From: Patescibacteria group bacterium
GTDB lineage: Bacteria; Patescibacteriota; Patescibacteriia; JAGVFQ01
Assembly: GCA_020057505.1 (NCBI GenBank)
Contig: JAGVFQ010000057.1
Span: forward strand, 1-53,584
Length of the DNA stretch: 53,584 bases
Direction of reading: 5' to 3'
This document shows, one piece after another, positions 1 to 8,865 of this stretch; position 1 is the first letter of the stretch, and each line of letters starts with the position of its first letter. The translations under genes and the position numbers were made by a program. The notes below the pieces were generated by a model. It ran no database searches. It saw only the letters and a program-made list of their open reading frames with translations, and was not told the DNA's origin.

Positions 1-100
1 CGGAGTGGCGATACGGAAAATCAAATGATATACTGGAAAAAGAACTTATACAGATTATTAAAAAACGTTATATCTAGTCTAGAGTGCTAGTCTAGAGCCC
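1..100 (+). mobile_element. Possible right end of an IS1595-family element (transposase C-terminus at 3..77 plus putative terminal repeat)
   Basis: Frame 3 reads EWRYGKSNDILEKELIQIIKKRYI*, resembling the EWR(F/Y) C-terminal motif of IS1595 transposases. It is followed by CTAGTCTAGAG twice (74-84, 87-97), ending GAGCCC. Truncated by the window edge. Confidence 0.35.
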
Positions 101-108
101 ATTAAATT

Positions 109-729
109 ATGAGAGTCAACAAAGAAAGGCTAGCCAAGTGGAAAGGGATAGAATCAAAATTAAAAATCGCTGATATTATTTTAACTACCGATAAACAATC
201 TTATTTGTCAGCGGCAATCAGAAAAGCCACAAAAGGCCACTGGAGCCATGCAGCTTTAGTTTTTTTCGTTCCTAATAAAAAACTGCTTTTTAATAATACT
301 CTGGTGATTGAAGCGCTGGATAACGGCATTGAAATCCATCGAATCCAGAAATACGCCCGCTACATGGACCAATTTGATATTGGAGTCAAAAGGGTCCCGG
401 GCCTAACCGATGAGCTTAGAGAAAAGGTCTTGGCCTTTATGCTTAATAATGTGGACGTGCCTTATGATTTCACTCGGCTTTTCGCTTATCTATTAAAAAA
501 AATATTAGGAAATTTCGTTGAAAAATATAAAGAACACTTGATAAACAAAGACGATTTTGTCTGCAGCACTTTTGCTCAAAAAGCATTTTGGAACGCCATG
601 CCCGAAGATAAAAAAGCTTCTGTATTTTTTAAAAAGGACTTTAAATCTGAATTTAGCTTGGAAGAAGTAACGCCAGCCGATATTGCCCGAAGTAAAAATT
701 GTATTTGGCTCTATAATCCGCACAGATAA
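109..729 (+). CDS. Permuted papain-like NlpC/P60 (YiiX/YebB-like) amidase/hydrolase
   Basis: DIILT, HWSHAAL (His) before FVCSTF (Cys), and VTPADI: the circularly permuted NlpC/P60 order. Confidence 0.8.
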   Translation: MRVNKERLAKWKGIESKLKIADIILTTDKQSYLSAAIRKATKGHWSHAALVFFVPNKKLLFNNTLVIEALDNGIEIHRIQKYARYMDQFDIGVKRVPGLTDELREKVLAFMLNNVDVPYDFTRLFAYLLKKILGNFVEKYKEHLINKDDFVCSTFAQKAFWNAMPEDKKASVFFKKDFKSEFSLEEVTPADIARSKNCIWLYNPHR

Positions 730-797
730 AAAACTTTTGCTTTCTACCTTTCTACTGCCTGTCTTTAGCCGAGAGGAGCAACCTAGCATTCCATTTC

Positions 798-846
798 GGA
801 ATCCCAACTTTAGTCAAGACAACGGCCTCACTAAAGTGAGGATTCC
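798..846. repeat. Palindromic REP-like element, CTTTAG/CTAAAG family
   Basis: GGAATCCCAACTTTAGT...ACTAAAGTGAGGATTCC inverted repeat between convergent genes; related to copies at 3383 and 8789. Confidence 0.6.
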
Positions 847-879
847 AAACCCCGATTTCCCAATAACCCAATATCCCAA

Positions 880-1407
880 TCACCTCTTACTATACACACA
901 CCCGCAATATTTCTGCCGGTAAAAACCTTGCTCTTTGCTGATATCGCAGGAGCATTTAAAACCATTATCCAGCTTCCAATCGCGGGCAAGAAATTTAACG
1001 CCAGCTTTCTCTTCCGCTTCTTTGCCGGCCGCAAAAATTTGATTGGTGTCTTTGTGCGGACTGATGGCCAAAGTCGTCGTAAAACAATCAAAACCTTTTT
1101 CCTTAGCCAACTCGGCCGTTTTGCCCAAGCGCATTTTAAAACAAACCGAGCACCGTTTCCCCCGCTCGGGTTCTTTTTCCAAGCCTTTAACTGTTTCAAA
1201 CCATTCAGCCTGATTATATTTTTCTTCAATAAATTCAATGTCCTGATTCTCGCAATAATTTTTTATTTCCATCTTGCGCCGTTCATATTCTTCTTCGGGA
1301 TGAATATTGGGATTACAAAAATAAACAGCCACATCATAATCTTTTTGCAACTGTTCTATCACATAGGCGCCGCAGGGAGCGCAGCAGGAATGGAGCAAAA
1401 TTTTCAT
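880..1407 (-). CDS. queH: Epoxyqueuosine reductase QueH
   Basis: LLHSCCAPC, NPNIHP, RCSVCF..RL, YRQKYCGC motifs. ATG at 1407 preferred over TTG at 1416. Confidence 0.93.
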   Translation of the reverse strand: MKILLHSCCAPCGAYVIEQLQKDYDVAVYFCNPNIHPEEEYERRKMEIKNYCENQDIEFIEEKYNQAEWFETVKGLEKEPERGKRCSVCFKMRLGKTAELAKEKGFDCFTTTLAISPHKDTNQIFAAGKEAEEKAGVKFLARDWKLDNGFKCSCDISKEQGFYRQKYCGCVYSKR

Positions 1408-1506
1408 AATTTTCAATTTTTAATTTCCAATCAATTTTCAATTAATTAATTTTTAAATTATAAAATTAAAACATTCATTGAAAATTAAAAATTAGAAATT
1501 GAAAAT

Positions 1507-2772
1507 TTATTTTCGAAGATATTTTTTCCCGCGCAATTTGTCCGGTAAATAATCTTGTTTAGCAGCAACGGGATTGTCGTAGTGCGGCGTGTATTTATAA
1601 CCCTTGCCATAATTCAAATCTTTCATTAATCCGGTCGGCGCGTTTCGCAAATGCAAAGGCACTGGTTCATTGGGCAAATCCTTGATATCTCGCTGAACCG
1701 CGCCATAAGCTTCATAAAGTGCGTTGCTCTTGGGCGCGCGAGCAAGATAAGCCACGGTTTGCGCCAAAATCACGTTGCATTCCGGCATGCCGATGAAGTG
1801 GCAGGCCTGATAGGCACTCACCGCCTGAGGCAAAGCATTGGGATCAGCTAAGCCGACATCTTCTGAAGCAAAACGAACTAATCGCCGCGCGATATAAAGC
1901 GGATCCTCACCAGCCTCAACCATTCTTCCTAACCAATACAAGGAAGCGTCCGCGTCCGAACCGCGCATGGATTTGTGCAGAGCGGAAATGATATTATAAT
2001 GCTCTTCACCGGCCTTGTCGTAGAGATAGCTTTTTTGTAAAGAATCTTCGATAATTTCTTTGCTGATTATTTTTTCGCCCTTGGCATTTTCCTTCGTCGC
2101 CTTCACGGCAAACTCCAGAGCGGAAAGCGCCGTCCGCGCGTCGCCATTAGACATATTAGCCAAAAATTCCAAAACCTCACTATCAATCTGAATAACAAAA
2201 TTACCCAATCCCCTTTCTTTATCTTCTAAAGCCTTATTAATTAAATTAATAATATTTTCTTTAGTCAGAGCTTTGAGAACAAAAACTCGCGAGCGGCTAA
2301 GCAGAGCGGAATTGACTTCAAAGGAAGGATTTTCCGTCGTCGCGCCAATCAAAGTGATGATGCCTTTTTCCACATAAGGCAGAAGCGCGTCTTGCTGGGA
2401 TTTGTTCCAGCGATGAATTTCATCAATAAATAAAATTGTCCGCGTTCCTCTGAATTTCCTTTTCTCTTGGGCGTCTTTAATTACTTCTTTCAAGTCTTTC
2501 ACTCCGCTTGAGACAGCGGAAAACGGCACGAAATATGATTTCGTAATCTGCGCGATAATTTTGGCCAAACTGGTTTTACCAGTCCCCGGCGGTCCCCAAA
2601 AAATCATCGAGGGAATTTCATCCGCCTCGATCGCCTTACGCAAAAGTTTGCCCTCACCAATAATTTCCTCCTGCCCCATGAATTCCTGGAAATTCAAAGG
2701 CCGCATGCGATCAGCAAGCGGCGCGGTATTTTTCAGATCTTTATTTAGCTTTGCGTCGAATAAATCGTCCAT
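1507..2772 (-). CDS. rarA: Replication-associated recombination protein A (RarA/MgsA AAA+ ATPase)
   Basis: APLADRMRP, GPPGTGKT, FIDEIHR, GATTENPSF, ISALHKSMRGSD, VPLHLRNAPT. Confidence 0.96.
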   Translation of the reverse strand: MDDLFDAKLNKDLKNTAPLADRMRPLNFQEFMGQEEIIGEGKLLRKAIEADEIPSMIFWGPPGTGKTSLAKIIAQITKSYFVPFSAVSSGVKDLKEVIKDAQEKRKFRGTRTILFIDEIHRWNKSQQDALLPYVEKGIITLIGATTENPSFEVNSALLSRSRVFVLKALTKENIINLINKALEDKERGLGNFVIQIDSEVLEFLANMSNGDARTALSALEFAVKATKENAKGEKIISKEIIEDSLQKSYLYDKAGEEHYNIISALHKSMRGSDADASLYWLGRMVEAGEDPLYIARRLVRFASEDVGLADPNALPQAVSAYQACHFIGMPECNVILAQTVAYLARAPKSNALYEAYGAVQRDIKDLPNEPVPLHLRNAPTGLMKDLNYGKGYKYTPHYDNPVAAKQDYLPDKLRGKKYLRK

Positions 2773-2807
2773 ATCACATTAAAACATGCAGAAAATTTAA
2801 GACTTAA

Positions 2808-3368
2808 TTATAGTTGAAACTTTTCCTTAATCTGTTTTGCTACCTCTTTAGCACTTAAATTCGTATTATCAATACGAATATAATTATTCTTTTTTATTTC
2901 TTCATCTTTTGAATTCAATCTATGTTTATCCATTGAATCTCTCAACTCTTTTTCAGATCTTTCAATATCTCTTTTTGTGGGCTTATGCTCTAATCTATGA
3001 GGACTTTTATTGCGCTCAATCCTTTCATTTAGATCAGCTTCTAATTCTACAAAATAAACTACCCCGCCTTTTGACTCAAAAATATCACAAACTTTATTAA
3101 CATAATCCCAGTCTGATTGCTCATCAAAGGCCCACAAATAAGTAAAAATCAGCCCCTCCAAATCACTTTTAGCAACTTCTTTAAAAATCTCCTGGCGAAA
3201 AAGATTTACTAGTCTCTTTCCAACATCACTACCATAACTAAAAAATGGAGAAACTAATTCAATAGTCATATGATTATGAAAAAGTTTCAAACCCGTTATT
3301 TTTTCAAGTTCATGACCGACTGTCATTTTACCAACGGCCTGCGGACCGAAAATTAAGATAAGCTTCAT
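2808..3368 (-). CDS. P-loop nucleoside/shikimate kinase-like protein
   Basis: N-terminal GPQAVGKMT Walker A, LFHNH motif, C-terminal IDNTNLS typical of small NMP-kinase-fold proteins. Confidence 0.75.
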   Translation of the reverse strand: MKLILIFGPQAVGKMTVGHELEKITGLKLFHNHMTIELVSPFFSYGSDVGKRLVNLFRQEIFKEVAKSDLEGLIFTYLWAFDEQSDWDYVNKVCDIFESKGGVVYFVELEADLNERIERNKSPHRLEHKPTKRDIERSEKELRDSMDKHRLNSKDEEIKKNNYIRIDNTNLSAKEVAKQIKEKFQL

Positions 3369-3382
3369 ACTTTTTATTATTA

Positions 3383-3428
3383 CCCCGCTTTAGCGGGCCT
3401 TCAATATTTTTAGCCCACTAAAGTGGGG
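3383..3428. repeat. Paired palindromic REP-like element, CTTTAG/CTAAAG family
   Basis: CCCCGCTTTAGCGGGC ... GCCCACTAAAGTGGGG: two self-palindromic units in inverted orientation. Confidence 0.7.
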
Positions 3429-3449
3429 AAATAATTAAATATAATAGAG

Positions 3450-5174
3450 CTAACCCCTCCGCCTAATCCACTGCTCAAAATCCTTTAAAGCCAGCGTATT
3501 TATTACATCACTCTTCCTCGCCCAGCCTCGCCTCGCCTGGGAGACACCATAGCGCATTAAGTCCAAATGATCAAGCTGATGCGTGTCCGTGTCAATCACA
3601 ATTTTTACGCCGAATTTAATCGCTTCTTTAATCAAAACATCTTTGAGGTCCAAGCGATCAGGAAAGGAATTGACTTCCATCGCCACTTGATTTTTCGCCG
3701 CCACGCGGAAAATTTCCTGCCAATCAGCCTGATATGCCTCGCGCTCGCCAATAATCCGGCCTGAAGGATGCCCCAGAATATCAATCTCTGGATGATTTAG
3801 AGCTTTGATAATTCTTTTGGTCATTACTTCTTTGGTTTGATTGAAACTTGAATGGACCGAACCGATGACAATATCCAATTTTTGAAGCGTCGCGTGGTCA
3901 ATATCCAAATTTCCGGCAGCGGTAATATTTACTTCCGCGCCATTGAATAATCTGAAATTGCGAAATTTCTTGTTCAATTGATTAATCCTCGTAATCTGTT
4001 TCATCAATCTCTTTTCATCCAAGCCGCGCGCCACGCCCAGGCCTTTGGTATGGTCGGAAATATCTAAATATTCATAACCCAATTCCATCGCTCTCTTTGC
4101 CAGCTCTTCCGGCTTCTGGCTGCCGTCGCTTTCTTCGGTATGGACGTGCAGATCGCCCTTAATATCTTTTAGTTCAATTAATTTTGGTAATTTGTGCGCC
4201 AGGGCCGCGTCGATTTCGCCCGTATCCTCTCTTAATTCCGGCGGAATGTATTGCATGCTCAAAAATTCGTAAAACTTTTTTTCATCGTTAAAGTGATAAG
4301 TTTTGCCTTTTTTAACCACGCCGTATTCGGAAATTTTTAACCCCTTTCCTTGTGCCCAAGTACGTAAGCGGACATTATGTTCCTTTGAACCGGTAAAATG
4401 CTGAAGTAATGATCCATAATCTTCGGCCGGCAAAATCTCCAAATCAACGCGGACGTTATATTTGTGGATTAGCGAAGCCTTGGTCAGGCCGGAAGACAAG
4501 ACTCGTTTAAAAACCGGCTGTCTCACAAAAAAATCAATCACTTCGCGGGGATTCTTGGCCGCAGCGATAATATCAACATCACCGATTGTTTCTTTCATGC
4601 GGCGCAGACTGCCAACGGCATCGCATTTTTCCACCATAGACAATGTTTTGAGACGGGCAATTAAATCGCGCGCGATCGGTTCGGCGATATTTAAAAGCAC
4701 TCTTTCTTTTTCGATTTTTTTCTTTTTTAATAATTCAATCCCGCGCAAAATATTTCGTTCGCTGATAATGCCAAAATGGGGAATCTTTTCGATTTTCCCG
4801 GACTTGGCCGCTTTTTCCAATTCTTTCACGCCTTTGATCTTGTATTTTTCAAATAGCATCTTCGCTATTTTCGGACCAACGCCGGGGATCTCAGTCAAGG
4901 CAATCTCTCCCTCTGGCACTTTCTTTTTTAAATTTTCATAATATTTCGATTTGCCGTTTTGCAAAAGATCGGCAATCTTTTCCGCGATTGACGGGCCAAC
5001 GCCTTCAATCTCTTCCAATTTGCCTTGTTTCCAAATATCGCGGATGTCTTCCGGCAAATGTTCGACCGAATGCGCCGCTTTTTCATAAGCCACCACCCGA
5101 AATTTGCTCTCGCCGATGATTTCGAGCATGGCAGCAATATTGTATAAAAATTGGGCGACTTCTTGGTTGGTCAT
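3450..5174 (-). CDS. polX: DNA polymerase X family / PHP-domain protein
   Basis: HhH motifs, GSLRR, GDVD plus VDLE catalytic Asps, HFTGSKEHN, PHP motifs DLHVHT, SDH, GHP, DTDTH. Confidence 0.95.
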   Translation of the reverse strand: MTNQEVAQFLYNIAAMLEIIGESKFRVVAYEKAAHSVEHLPEDIRDIWKQGKLEEIEGVGPSIAEKIADLLQNGKSKYYENLKKKVPEGEIALTEIPGVGPKIAKMLFEKYKIKGVKELEKAAKSGKIEKIPHFGIISERNILRGIELLKKKKIEKERVLLNIAEPIARDLIARLKTLSMVEKCDAVGSLRRMKETIGDVDIIAAAKNPREVIDFFVRQPVFKRVLSSGLTKASLIHKYNVRVDLEILPAEDYGSLLQHFTGSKEHNVRLRTWAQGKGLKISEYGVVKKGKTYHFNDEKKFYEFLSMQYIPPELREDTGEIDAALAHKLPKLIELKDIKGDLHVHTEESDGSQKPEELAKRAMELGYEYLDISDHTKGLGVARGLDEKRLMKQITRINQLNKKFRNFRLFNGAEVNITAAGNLDIDHATLQKLDIVIGSVHSSFNQTKEVMTKRIIKALNHPEIDILGHPSGRIIGEREAYQADWQEIFRVAAKNQVAMEVNSFPDRLDLKDVLIKEAIKFGVKIVIDTDTHQLDHLDLMRYGVSQARRGWARKSDVINTLALKDFEQWIRRRG

Positions 5175-5207
5175 GAATTTAAAAATATAAAAATAATTTT
5201 AATTTTT

Positions 5208-5918
5208 TCAAAATCTCAGATAATTTTGCCAATAATCGTACAGATCGCGCGTCGCTCGCAGATCGCCCACGTTGTATTTGGCGATATCTATATATTTTTT
5301 CTCTTTGAACAACCGGCTGACATCGTCGCCGGTGATGCCCTCGGCTTTGGGGCTTTTGATGCCAAACAATCTGCACCAAAGATGCAGGCTCCACTTGCGC
5401 CTGACCGCGCCGTAAAAAGAGAGCTGATCCATCAAATCAATATGCGTCGCGCTGAATTTTTGGCTATTCAGATAACGGTTGGACATTAGATCTTTGGTTG
5501 GCTTGATTTTGTACAAAGCCGAACGGATCATAAGGAATGGCACGTCAAATCCTCGGCCGTTAAAACTGATAAATTCATTGTAGCCGACCGCACCTTTCCA
5601 AAAATTCAGAAGCATTTCTTTCTCAGTCATTTGCTTGAATTTCACTCCATCTTCTTCGAATTCGCCGATGGTCTTCCCCGGCGCCTGGAAACAAACCACG
5701 GCCTGGTCTTTTTCCTCGTCCAAAACGCCAATCACGACGATTTCGCCGGTGAGCGGCGAAAATCCCAAACCATTTTTCAGTTCTTCTAACTCTTTTTTAT
5801 ATTCATCTTCATTTTCTGACTCTTTTTTGATCCAGCGAGTAAGAACGTCTTGTGTGGTTTGATCCAACGAGTCAAAATCCTCGCCAATAGTCTCAATGTC
5901 GAAAATTAGTTTAGGCAT
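5208..5918 (-). CDS. DEDD 3'-5' exonuclease (PolB-exonuclease-like, RNase H fold)
   Basis: ExoI FDIET, ExoII FNGRGFD, ExoIII YNVGD. Start ATG 5918 or 5927. Confidence 0.85.
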   Translation of the reverse strand: MPKLIFDIETIGEDFDSLDQTTQDVLTRWIKKESENEDEYKKELEELKNGLGFSPLTGEIVVIGVLDEEKDQAVVCFQAPGKTIGEFEEDGVKFKQMTEKEMLLNFWKGAVGYNEFISFNGRGFDVPFLMIRSALYKIKPTKDLMSNRYLNSQKFSATHIDLMDQLSFYGAVRRKWSLHLWCRLFGIKSPKAEGITGDDVSRLFKEKKYIDIAKYNVGDLRATRDLYDYWQNYLRF

Positions 5919-5951
5919 AATAAACACATAAAAATCGTTATTTATGCCTTA

Positions 5952-5980
5952 ATTTTATAATTTTTAACTAAAAAAAGCAA
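5952..5980 (-). promoter_or_regulatory. Putative sigma70 promoter for the exonuclease-polX-kinase-rarA genes
   Basis: TTGCTT-17nt-TAAAAT on the minus strand. Confidence 0.55.
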
Positions 5981-5981
5981 T

Positions 5982-6017
5982 AAAAAACCCAGAACCTATA
6001 TCTGCTTGGTTCTGGGT
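5982..6017 (-). terminator. Intrinsic terminator
   Basis: ACCCAGAACC / GGTTCTGGGT stem followed by a T-run on the minus strand. Confidence 0.8.
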
Positions 6018-6130
6018 ATGGCCTCCCCTAGAAGGAAAAATGGTTGTAGGACTATTACATTAGGTTTGCACCAGTTCCAGCACATTGCCTGGGCCCTTTC
6101 GGTTATACTGCCATTCATAGCCCTACAACC
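5982..6130 (-). ncRNA. Candidate stand-alone structured small RNA (about 150 nt), family unknown
   Basis: 14-bp closing stem GGTTGTAGGGCTAT/ATAGTCCTACAACC enclosing hairpins CC-GAAA-GG, CCA(G)GCA/TGCTGG and GGT-GCAA-ACC; has its own promoter and terminator. Confidence 0.6.
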
Positions 6131-6136
6131 GAAGAT

Positions 6137-6165
6137 ATCTTATTAGAACTGTAAAAAATTGTCAA
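6137..6165 (-). promoter_or_regulatory. sigma70 promoter
   Basis: TTGACA-17nt-TAAGAT; predicted +1 near 6130, the first base of the RNA closing stem. Confidence 0.75.
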
Positions 6166-6195
6166 TATTTCTTATCCCCAAAAAAGATAAATCGC

Positions 6196-6654
6196 CTATT
6201 TTCTAATTCCCTTTATCTTCTCGCTCAAAAAATCAAAAAAATGTCCCAGCGACCGCCAATAAATAATATTCAATAATAAAAGCGTAACAATAATTATCGC
6301 GTCATAGCTTTGCCTGATCCAATAATCATCTTCCAGCCGCACCCACATGCCAAATTCATCAAAGGTAAGGCCAAGACCGATACCATAAATCAAAGATATC
6401 CAAGTATATTTTCTTGATTCCGATTCCGGCCGAATTAAAATTAAATAAAGGCTCACAAAAACCAAAATAACCACGCCGTAAGTGAAATGATGGATATGAA
6501 CACCCTTAACCGTGAGAAAAAAATCCGGCAGCAAGCGATCAAGAACTAAATAAACTATTAAACGGGCGATTACGAATGTAATCAAAAAAGCAAATAAAAC
6601 AATACTGATTAATCTCTTGGTCGCCTGCGATGTTGCTTTGATCGGTAAAGGCAT
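6196..6654 (-). CDS. Integral membrane protein (HIHH / DEF motif family), function unknown
   Basis: Four hydrophobic segments, GVHIHHFTYG and GLTFDEFGMW. ATG 6654 preferred because it avoids overlap with the upstream gene. Confidence 0.75.
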   Translation of the reverse strand: MPLPIKATSQATKRLISIVLFAFLITFVIARLIVYLVLDRLLPDFFLTVKGVHIHHFTYGVVILVFVSLYLILIRPESESRKYTWISLIYGIGLGLTFDEFGMWVRLEDDYWIRQSYDAIIIVTLLLLNIIYWRSLGHFFDFLSEKIKGIRK

Positions 6655-6658
6655 AAAA

Positions 6659-8371
6659 TTACCAGCTCCCTCCCCCGCCGCCGCCAAATCCGCCGCCAGA
6701 GCCGCCTCCGCTAAAACCGCTGCCGCCGCTTGAAGATGAAGATGGGCTAGACGCTAAAGTTGAATGGGCCTGCGATTGAAAACTGTTCAAACTACTGACT
6801 AAAGCCAGGGTAGTAAAATTTCCATGCGTCGGATCATTATACCAATTTGGCTGCTGATTATAAATGTCTTTAAATTGGCCAGCCCATTCCTCTTCTACGC
6901 CCAAAACCATGGCATAAGGCAAAAATTTTTCAAATTCCTGCGGATTTTTTTCTGGCGCATTATGAAATTTGATTCGATCTTTTTCAGCGACTGTTAAATA
7001 CAGTTTTAATCCCAAAATTTTCTCTTTGGCCAAGACTCCTTTCGCTGTTCTCGCGGGCATGAAAGGGCTCGAAATCAAGACTATAATTCCGCAAGCGACA
7101 AGACTCCCAATGCCCAAGCCGCCGAAGAATGGACCGATAAAGAAAGCTAAAAACAAGATGGCTACGCCAGCCACTGCATATGCAATTCTTGTTGTACTGG
7201 GATTTTTAGAAAAATAACCTTTGCTCACTGTCGATTTATAAACCAAATTGGTAACTGTCTGCAAATCTTTGTAAAATTTATTTTTCAAATCAGAAAGTTT
7301 CGCGCTCTCGCCGGAAGAGAATAAACCGGCTATTAATTTTTTATCAAATTCATCAGCCAAATCATCGGGCTGTTTCAGCCGATCAAATTTGTAATCAACC
7401 TTGCCGAAAAATCCTTCTTTGGGAATATAATTGATTTTCAAATAACCGCGCACGGCTAAACTAATAATCTCCGCCGAAACGTCTTTCTTGTCCGCTTTTT
7501 CATCGATAAGCGTGCCAACTTCTATGGGGGTGAGATTGTCCGGCGCTTCATATTCGGGGATAATAGTCCCGCGTCCCTCCGGATCTCGGCCATATTTTCG
7601 CCAGCGGAAAAATAGAAACAAGAAAACTATAATCGGCAAAATCAAAATCAAATTATCTCGAACAGTTTCCAAAATCAATTCCCAAACACTCGGCTTTTTA
7701 ACTACGCCAATTGGCCAACCCAACACCGCTGTCATGCCTTCACCAATGTCAAGATTTGACGCGCCATAAACCCCCTCACGAGCCATTCCATTCATATCAT
7801 AAGCAATACTGCTATTACAATTCTCAGTGCTCCCATACGCGCCGTAATAGCAAGCGATTTTAAGTTCTTCTTTTTTAAAATCTTGGGGCAATTCAAGAGT
7901 AGCCGTTGTTTTGTCTATCGGGATAGTCCAATCATTGCCCGTGGCATTCCAATACAGCTCGTCATAATCAGAAAAGTAATTAATCGCGCGATTAATTTTA
8001 TAATTTATCACGTAGGTCTTCTCTCCGGTCACTAATCGATCGGCATCGCCGATTTTGATATTAATATTATCGCCCGAGTAAGTAATGTCCGTAGTATATG
8101 GCTCATTGTTTTGGTCAACAACTGAAATATCGGAAATTCGAAGATTGAAATTGCCGCCACGGGCCTGGTATTTAATCGGTATCTCGCGATAGATGCCATG
8201 CTTTTCCGCCTCGCTAAAATCATAAACAATTTTTTCTTCAACATTAATCGTTGCGTCAATATTAATTCTGATAGCAACATCAAAATTGGCAATCCTTTCT
8301 TCAGCCAAAACTGTTCGGCCGAAAAACAATCCTGCTATAATCAAACTAAAAATAAAAAAATATTTTTTCAT
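6659..8371 (-). CDS. DUF2207-type membrane protein
   Basis: Signal peptide, HGIYREIP, DELYWNATGNDW, FEKFLPYAMVLGV, Gly/Ser tail ending GGGGGGSW. Confidence 0.9.
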   Translation of the reverse strand: MKKYFFIFSLIIAGLFFGRTVLAEERIANFDVAIRINIDATINVEEKIVYDFSEAEKHGIYREIPIKYQARGGNFNLRISDISVVDQNNEPYTTDITYSGDNINIKIGDADRLVTGEKTYVINYKINRAINYFSDYDELYWNATGNDWTIPIDKTTATLELPQDFKKEELKIACYYGAYGSTENCNSSIAYDMNGMAREGVYGASNLDIGEGMTAVLGWPIGVVKKPSVWELILETVRDNLILILPIIVFLFLFFRWRKYGRDPEGRGTIIPEYEAPDNLTPIEVGTLIDEKADKKDVSAEIISLAVRGYLKINYIPKEGFFGKVDYKFDRLKQPDDLADEFDKKLIAGLFSSGESAKLSDLKNKFYKDLQTVTNLVYKSTVSKGYFSKNPSTTRIAYAVAGVAILFLAFFIGPFFGGLGIGSLVACGIIVLISSPFMPARTAKGVLAKEKILGLKLYLTVAEKDRIKFHNAPEKNPQEFEKFLPYAMVLGVEEEWAGQFKDIYNQQPNWYNDPTHGNFTTLALVSSLNSFQSQAHSTLASSPSSSSSGGSGFSGGGSGGGFGGGGGGSW

Positions 8372-8383
8372 AATTATAATAAT

Positions 8384-8779
8384 TTATTTTTTAGCCCGGC
8401 CGTAATCATCGCTATAGCGAGTAATATCATTCTCATCAAATTCGCCTTCGCTGATTTCAATAAAAATTAAATTAATCTTTTCTGAAATATTGCCGATGCG
8501 ATGTTTGGCATTTTCTTTAATGGAAACAACAGAACCCTTGCCGACTAAAATTTCTTCATCATCTTTTATCACCTTACCTTGGCCCTGCGCGACAAACCAT
8601 GTCTCGCGCCTTTTCCTATGTGACTGATATGAGAGCATCTGCCCAGGCTTAACCGTAATTTTTTTAATCACCACTTCCCGACCGGGAAAATCAGCATAGC
8701 CATTTTCAACCTCAAATTCCTTAATTACTTCAAAACTCCCCCATGGCCGCTCTTCAAAATTTTTGGCGTTTTTGGCCAT
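8384..8779 (-). CDS. Mannose-6-phosphate isomerase type II C-terminal cupin
   Basis: ERPWG, LSYQSHRKRRETW, HRIGN, EIS.GEFDENDITRYSDDYGR. Confidence 0.88.
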   Translation of the reverse strand: MAKNAKNFEERPWGSFEVIKEFEVENGYADFPGREVVIKKITVKPGQMLSYQSHRKRRETWFVAQGQGKVIKDDEEILVGKGSVVSIKENAKHRIGNISEKINLIFIEISEGEFDENDITRYSDDYGRAKK

Positions 8780-8788
8780 AATAAAAAT

Positions 8789-8859
8789 ATTATACCCTGC
8801 TTTAGCAGGCTAAAACTAAAATATTATAAAATTACAAGCCCGCTAAAGCGGGGTATAAT
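8789..8859. repeat. Paired palindromic REP-like element, CTTTAG/CTAAAG family
   Basis: ATTATACCCTGCTTTAGCAGGCT ... AGCCCGCTAAAGCGGGGTATAAT inverted pair. Confidence 0.7.
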
Positions 8860-8865
8860 TATTTA

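Noticed and set aside
6042..6130. Cobalamin riboswitch, SRP RNA or preQ1 riboswitch
   Set aside because: GGAACTGGTGCAAACC only loosely recalls the cobalamin core with no B12 box. The SRP CAGG..GGAA..AGCA motif and the preQ1 consensus are absent, and the downstream gene has its own promoter.
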